Shown here: positions 61,601 to 64,000 of the stretch, piece by piece | How the letters are laid out: each line of letters starts with the position of its first letter | Position numbering within the stretch: position 1 is the stretch's first letter | From: an uncultured Gammaproteobacteria bacterium | GTDB lineage: Bacteria > Patescibacteriota > Patescibacteriia > Magasanikbacterales > UBA922 | Length of the DNA stretch: 64,000 nt | Direction of reading: 5' to 3' | NCBI GenBank assembly: GCA_964566225.1 | Contig: CAZMHV010000002.1 | Span: forward strand, 81,934 to 145,933 | The notes under the pieces: model-generated | What the model was told of the DNA's origin: nothing | Databases searched by the model: none | Seen by the model: only the letters and a program-made list of their open reading frames with translations | Made by a program: the position numbers and the translations under genes

Positions 61601-64000
61601 TGATTGTAATATGCCAGGTCTTCCACCCGAACAACGAACTGGCAAATGTAGTTTGGTATCCAAAATTGAAAACCACATTGGTTTCAAAGGTTTCTGTTTG
61701 GAGCCTGATTATAGTCGCCCAACATTTCTCAAAAATCAGCCATACGAATGTTTGACTTGGCTGCCAATTCAAGTTTCTGCTTCCAATGTGGACGTATATA
61801 ACGCACATACCAGTGCTGGATATGATTTGTCGAGAGATGCAGGGAGTGGCAATGCTGGTCAGGTGTATTGTAGTGTTGCAACGGATGTAGGACACTATCT
61901 TGGCGATGCTCGATATGATGTTTCGTTCAATGGTTTACCTCCTGAATATCAAGATGACTTTAATGGGATTTATAAAAATAATGGTTCTTTGAACCTTGTA
62001 GAGGGAGACGATTATGATCGTGATACTGATATACATCATAACTCAGAGTGGAATGATTATGCTAGAAATATAGTAAGTCAAGAGTTAAAACGTATATATA
62101 CGGTTGTAAATTCTCACTGGAGAAATATAAATGGTAAAAGAAATGACAACCAGCACGTCTTACGTATTGAATACAACTCATCATGTCGTGATTGTGGAAA
62201 TATCGAAAACAACGAAGGTTGGGAAGATTTTGGATCATTTTGGCTCGACCCAAATGACCATGGTGAAAGTGTTCTTCGTGCAGGTTCCACTGGTGCTGTA
62301 TATGCATTTGTCCCTCGTCAGACATTTGACCACGTAGGTTTGTATGAGTTTGGCACCATCATGCATCCTCCCCGTATTTGGGACAATGACCAGTTTGAAA
62401 ACTTACTCACAAATGATCCCCGATCTTTTTCTGTCGCACCTCAAGATGTAATGAATCCACATATTCCTGCGTTTCAATCTCGACTGGCAACCTTTTTTAT
62501 GAGTCCAGAAGCAAGTAATCATCACTTAACCAATGCAGCAGAACGTCCAAATGGTCGGTCAAGTATTTGGAACATGATTGACGATAGAGTCTATATTTCA
62601 CCATTAGAAAAGCATTTGAGAGAAGCTGATATAGAGAGTATTAATCTTGTTCCATTAGCATTTCCTAAGAATCCATCAAATAATGACGAAGTCCCTGCTC
62701 TTATGAGTTCAGAATTGGTTATTGACTTCAATGCACTTCGTAGACTTCCCGAAGGTGGTCAAGCTCAGGTAAAAGTTGTACTCGAAGCACAGGCAGATAA
62801 CAATAATGGAAACTTCTTACCAGCCAAAGCTGAACCAGACTCTGTACTGTGGACATATCGTCTTAACAATGTTTCTGGATCCACATTTAATTTCAAAAAT
62901 TATAATCATTTCACCGAAATGGATGACGCGATAAAAAATAATCCACGAAATCAAATTGCAACGAGATATGTCATGGTATACACTGATTCTTTGCAAGATA
63001 CCAATAGACTCCCTTCTTTTATCCAGTCACATGTTGCTTCAAACGGTCAAATAAATGCCAACAATATTGCGAGTCCTCCAAGTAATTCTGACTCAGATCC
63101 TTTTTCTGTTCCTTGTACCGAAGATACTGATGGGTTCAACAAAGATTGGATCGCGGTAGGACTTGATTTCAATGCAGATGGTGAATTTTTAGGATACATT
63201 TCTCGGTACTGCAATAGGTTCAATGCTGCGGTAGAAATGGCAGTGGTGGCCAAAATAAATGACTCATGTAGTGAGTTTATGCAGGTGTATAATGATCAAG
63301 AAAACATTGTGAGTGGTCAAACCAACAAAGCCTGGACCCAAAAGGTATGGACTGGTGCAAAGATGTGGGTTCAAAATCAGCTTGTGGAAAGTAAAATTAA
63401 ATCATCTATCACTCGGAGTCTTTCATATGGACCTTTTGGTTCATTGTACTTGGCTGGGTCAGATGTAGCCACGGTCGCTGGTCTGGTCAATGGTGAAAAT
63501 GCTTTTGTGTATAACAATCAACGAGTTGAAGAGAACCAAAAAATTGCTATCAACAAGTTAAGAAATTATACATTTAGTGGAAGACCAGTAGAGAGTCTTC
63601 CGGCCAATCAGTATTCAGGGGTACCATACTCATGTACTTCTCGATGGTTTGGTATTGATCGTGATGCAGATATAAATCAAGCTATTGCACCAGACTTTGC
63701 ATTTTTGAAGTTTCGGTCAAATGTTGGTGACCATGATTGTTTTGGGGTAAATCCTTATATTGAAAATGGTTCCGAAGATATTGTTCAAAATTTACGGAGT
63801 CATATGAATGATACCGATCCAAATACAGAGATTTTAGGTCTGTTTGCAAAATCCTTTGCTACCCTTGAGTTCAATGTGTTAAATAATCAGAGTAGAACGC
63901 TTCAACTGAGAAAGGTAGTCGATCAATCATTCTTGGATAAATCATATCGCAGCAATGAATATACTGAAAATGGTGTGAACATTAAGTTGCTTCCACCACA
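55623..64000 (+). CDS. Giant Cys-rich exported protein (>2,790 aa, 3'-truncated by the window edge) with a CBM4/9-like domain
   Basis: ATG 55623 gives MLEFFSPKRKFVKVTLFVVGMLQVFSFLLVAPVFAQ. The frame is open wherever translated, through ...NIKLLPP at the end. No in-frame ORF appears in the track, consistent with no stop in the window. Confidence 0.85.
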   Translation, partial: MLEFFSPKRKFVKVTLFVVGMLQVFSFLLVAPVFAQAGQPVSDYTTELNTYVTANVLLADKAKKEVDQGLLATGVASIIHAFSYFMDKIAYDTAQYVANGGKGQSALVFRKGFKSYIEDTALDAAGDFIENFSTNALGINLCQIPDPHLAIFLTLGFKSIYGKGGPQSSCSWQQFRNNWSREAFEQRYGPGGSRFLAETFSANLKVSNTDFGVGLSAIAKLDKVTAQAKTAAADDRKEGQGYKAVTAMITGNILTPSQVVQKETDVATNHYKVEANNQQLAGILASGANQVFWHAGSVFLNTLTSEMINKLLTQGMFPDIGDDGSAVEGGFYNSPQNRLNGAANPYAQLLTARPSTQVNNYNIISEFATCPDAPGMNNCVIDTDFQRALDIGNSDKPLTIQEALDKGLLHGNWPLISPKREADNASPNHDCYQGKYCYSNIQKLRKVNILPLGFEIAALRSDPDQPWTLETVVRNFETCYRVNGQGNPDPNGTIIRENAAFPFCHLINPNWIIRVPALQCMGKVITDSLLSPDSAQRREECLDVKTCINEGENGSCGGTYAYCTQEKNIWRIPGQSCPAEYNTCTTYMNNSTRQAASYLARTVDYGECSIDTVGCRAYAIQKYGAGNWLGSGDVDDSDNHKTFRALHDTTDIIYFDNAIKAQSTVCRPGNNGCTLFYGAVQDTTTGQYQKTSNNKFIEDKNVQIHLKKAPDYLKCYDSNQASPDIDWPTTLADVETNVSQSEQCNAFASVCLESEIGCEAYTPLDAKQVALAGVPQIPGMIGAQNVCSSDCVGYATFKQEADKFSNEKFPLYFIPQNGKSCDAKYTGCSEFTNIDTRAQGGEKKEYYTDLKYCEKPLADQSNIKTFYTWEGSINQGLSLKTVKILPVSAEENTYLNAVLADEDAKYIDQFPVGSPAYGDDSKIALMGAVTQCNKENYLIRQNNPYDVDAAVPDCKAYYDDAGNIFYRVSGDDSKSLNKLVTISPACHPLRKTNPEFFADIALQGNSDACLRKGGNYDPAQGTCQRCMNGGRFENNSCVYQTISAPGQSTSCPAVANGCRSYTGSTANNVNEIFNDDFEGATDEEVAQMVAPWKPARNVRISVEAAQAGAHSLEVSGPANQVVNRQIEPGSFKSDSWYEVTFWAKGSGRNVSVALSQTENNARVVKADFSLDPLTGEHVAASIDQDWHAYHLGPVQFIGATSTPLMLDFVLEGNNNLPVYIDHVRFTQVRDHIPLIKDSWKTSEGYDAPLSCDSDPLDALPGERLGCSAYKDSNNKIRFATGFEKLCREKAVGCQPLWDTFNTVEGDDADKKLVYNVLCQVNPQAANMAKVENGKCTLYRAGNLNKPAGECAIKNQFEPYCYVSKVVLEADENFSISFGNNALTRSTVIVPADTASSTPIFLANRKDFRCSETERGCMAVGLENQLISTATVSTSYKYTDMMVKNDPALYDKTLCRSDLVGCDEFKNNNNVTYFKDPKIIGNKTCVYKEKGNTDTFGWFQDGVGRCTANSDRLCRTNDDCDRGDTCNSATLNTVACYEDYQREGGMYDLWSNNTQQYDGFVGSCPNNYNLCTELIDPADTSSVHPAGQAYYVIFNNQVTSQVSKCDGKVSLSEGCVLFNKTDQPNKLYDSVATYTNSENANPKYSPVAPVSTGRSLNTNLILKVNRDRMCSRWLDCATSIRQTDASGKPVDLCYAFRECEQQEGGVCTKWVDNFANNSTVQQAATRITYGNYIKRGTSWYDNEFTGYSLYNKFRIDNMIYVSFDNDVLKSTYKLLEGDVEKMVDRQYLAYEMDGQFFTGESRGKGCFPDPANPNVSTDMKICGYDNGGRCYKNKCIYPITGVFPAGIDPVSAVDATRRSSMITLLNALTSNSCKGHPEITGPFEIQTVLDKDANPVKKYLFDGDGFNAGLFRLEVRNPRSGFSNANYCQDEECSCGYKKIYYNGNSLPDYVDLQKPVNSRGVCISGDIPVRNDDGTVNNQRTQSAVGSYCQNDNDCNMPGLPPEQRTGKCSLVSKIENHIGFKGFCLEPDYSRPTFLKNQPYECLTWLPIQVSASNVDVYNAHTSAGYDLSRDAGSGNAGQVYCSVATDVGHYLGDARYDVSFNGLPPEYQDDFNGIYKNNGSLNLVEGDDYDRDTDIHHNSEWNDYARNIVSQELKRIYTVVNSHWRNINGKRNDNQHVLRIEYNSSCRDCGNIENNEGWEDFGSFWLDPNDHGESVLRAGSTGAVYAFVPRQTFDHVGLYEFGTIMHPPRIWDNDQFENLLTNDPRSFSVAPQDVMNPHIPAFQSRLATFFMSPEASNHHLTNAAERPNGRSSIWNMIDDRVYISPLEKHLREADIESINLVPLAFPKNPSNNDEVPALMSSELVIDFNALRRLPEGGQAQVKVVLEAQADNNNGNFLPAKAEPDSVLWTYRLNNVSGSTFNFKNYNHFTEMDDAIKNNPRNQIATRYVMVYTDSLQDTNRLPSFIQSHVASNGQINANNIASPPSNSDSDPFSVPCTEDTDGFNKDWIAVGLDFNADGEFLGYISRYCNRFNAAVEMAVVAKINDSCSEFMQVYNDQENIVSGQTNKAWTQKVWTGAKMWVQNQLVESKIKSSITRSLSYGPFGSLYLAGSDVATVAGLVNGENAFVYNNQRVEENQKIAINKLRNYTFSGRPVESLPANQYSGVPYSCTSRWFGIDRDADINQAIAPDFAFLKFRSNVGDHDCFGVNPYIENGSEDIVQNLRSHMNDTDPNTEILGLFAKSFATLEFNVLNNQSRTLQLRKVVDQSFLDKSYRSNEYTENGVNIKLLPP

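Noticed and set aside
55764-63253. Many short ORFs listed in the last 8 kb
   Set aside because: Off-frame or antisense shadows of the giant ORF starting at 55623.

Overview
AT-rich bacterial chromosome segment with small intergenic gaps. Most genes lack a Shine-Dalgarno, tRNAs lack encoded CCA, and there are VirB2-like pilin and giant Cys-rich exported proteins. Together these suggest a Patescibacteria/CPR genome (inference only). An intact RF2 points to genetic code 11. Housekeeping genes: kbl (partial), glmS-yvcK, two pseudouridine synthases, gmk, rplS, uvrA, rpsB-tsf, gap, pgk, yidC, groES-groEL with CIRCE, prfB, tsaC, and a glycosyltransferase/O-antigen-ligase block. RNA genes: tRNA-Arg(CCG), tRNA-Ile(UAU), tRNA-Leu(GAG), RNase P RNA and a probable miniature 6S-like RNA. 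Best candidate for an undescribed system: a four-gene cassette at 28.7-33.9 kb (LuxI/FeeM-like acyltransferase, ThiF/E1 adenylase, stand-alone nitroreductase, divergent 7TM sensor kinase) that looks like a split oxazolone/N-acyl-amino-acid signal synthase with its receptor. Also notable: a three-gene ATP-citrate lyase, an HD-domain gene whose stop codon lies inside a tRNA, a hairpin mini-element duplicating the tRNA-Leu 3' end, GC-rich orphan gene cassettes, a SET protein plus a histone-H1-like peptide, an exosortase, and a >2,790-codon ORF missing from the ORF track that runs off the window end.
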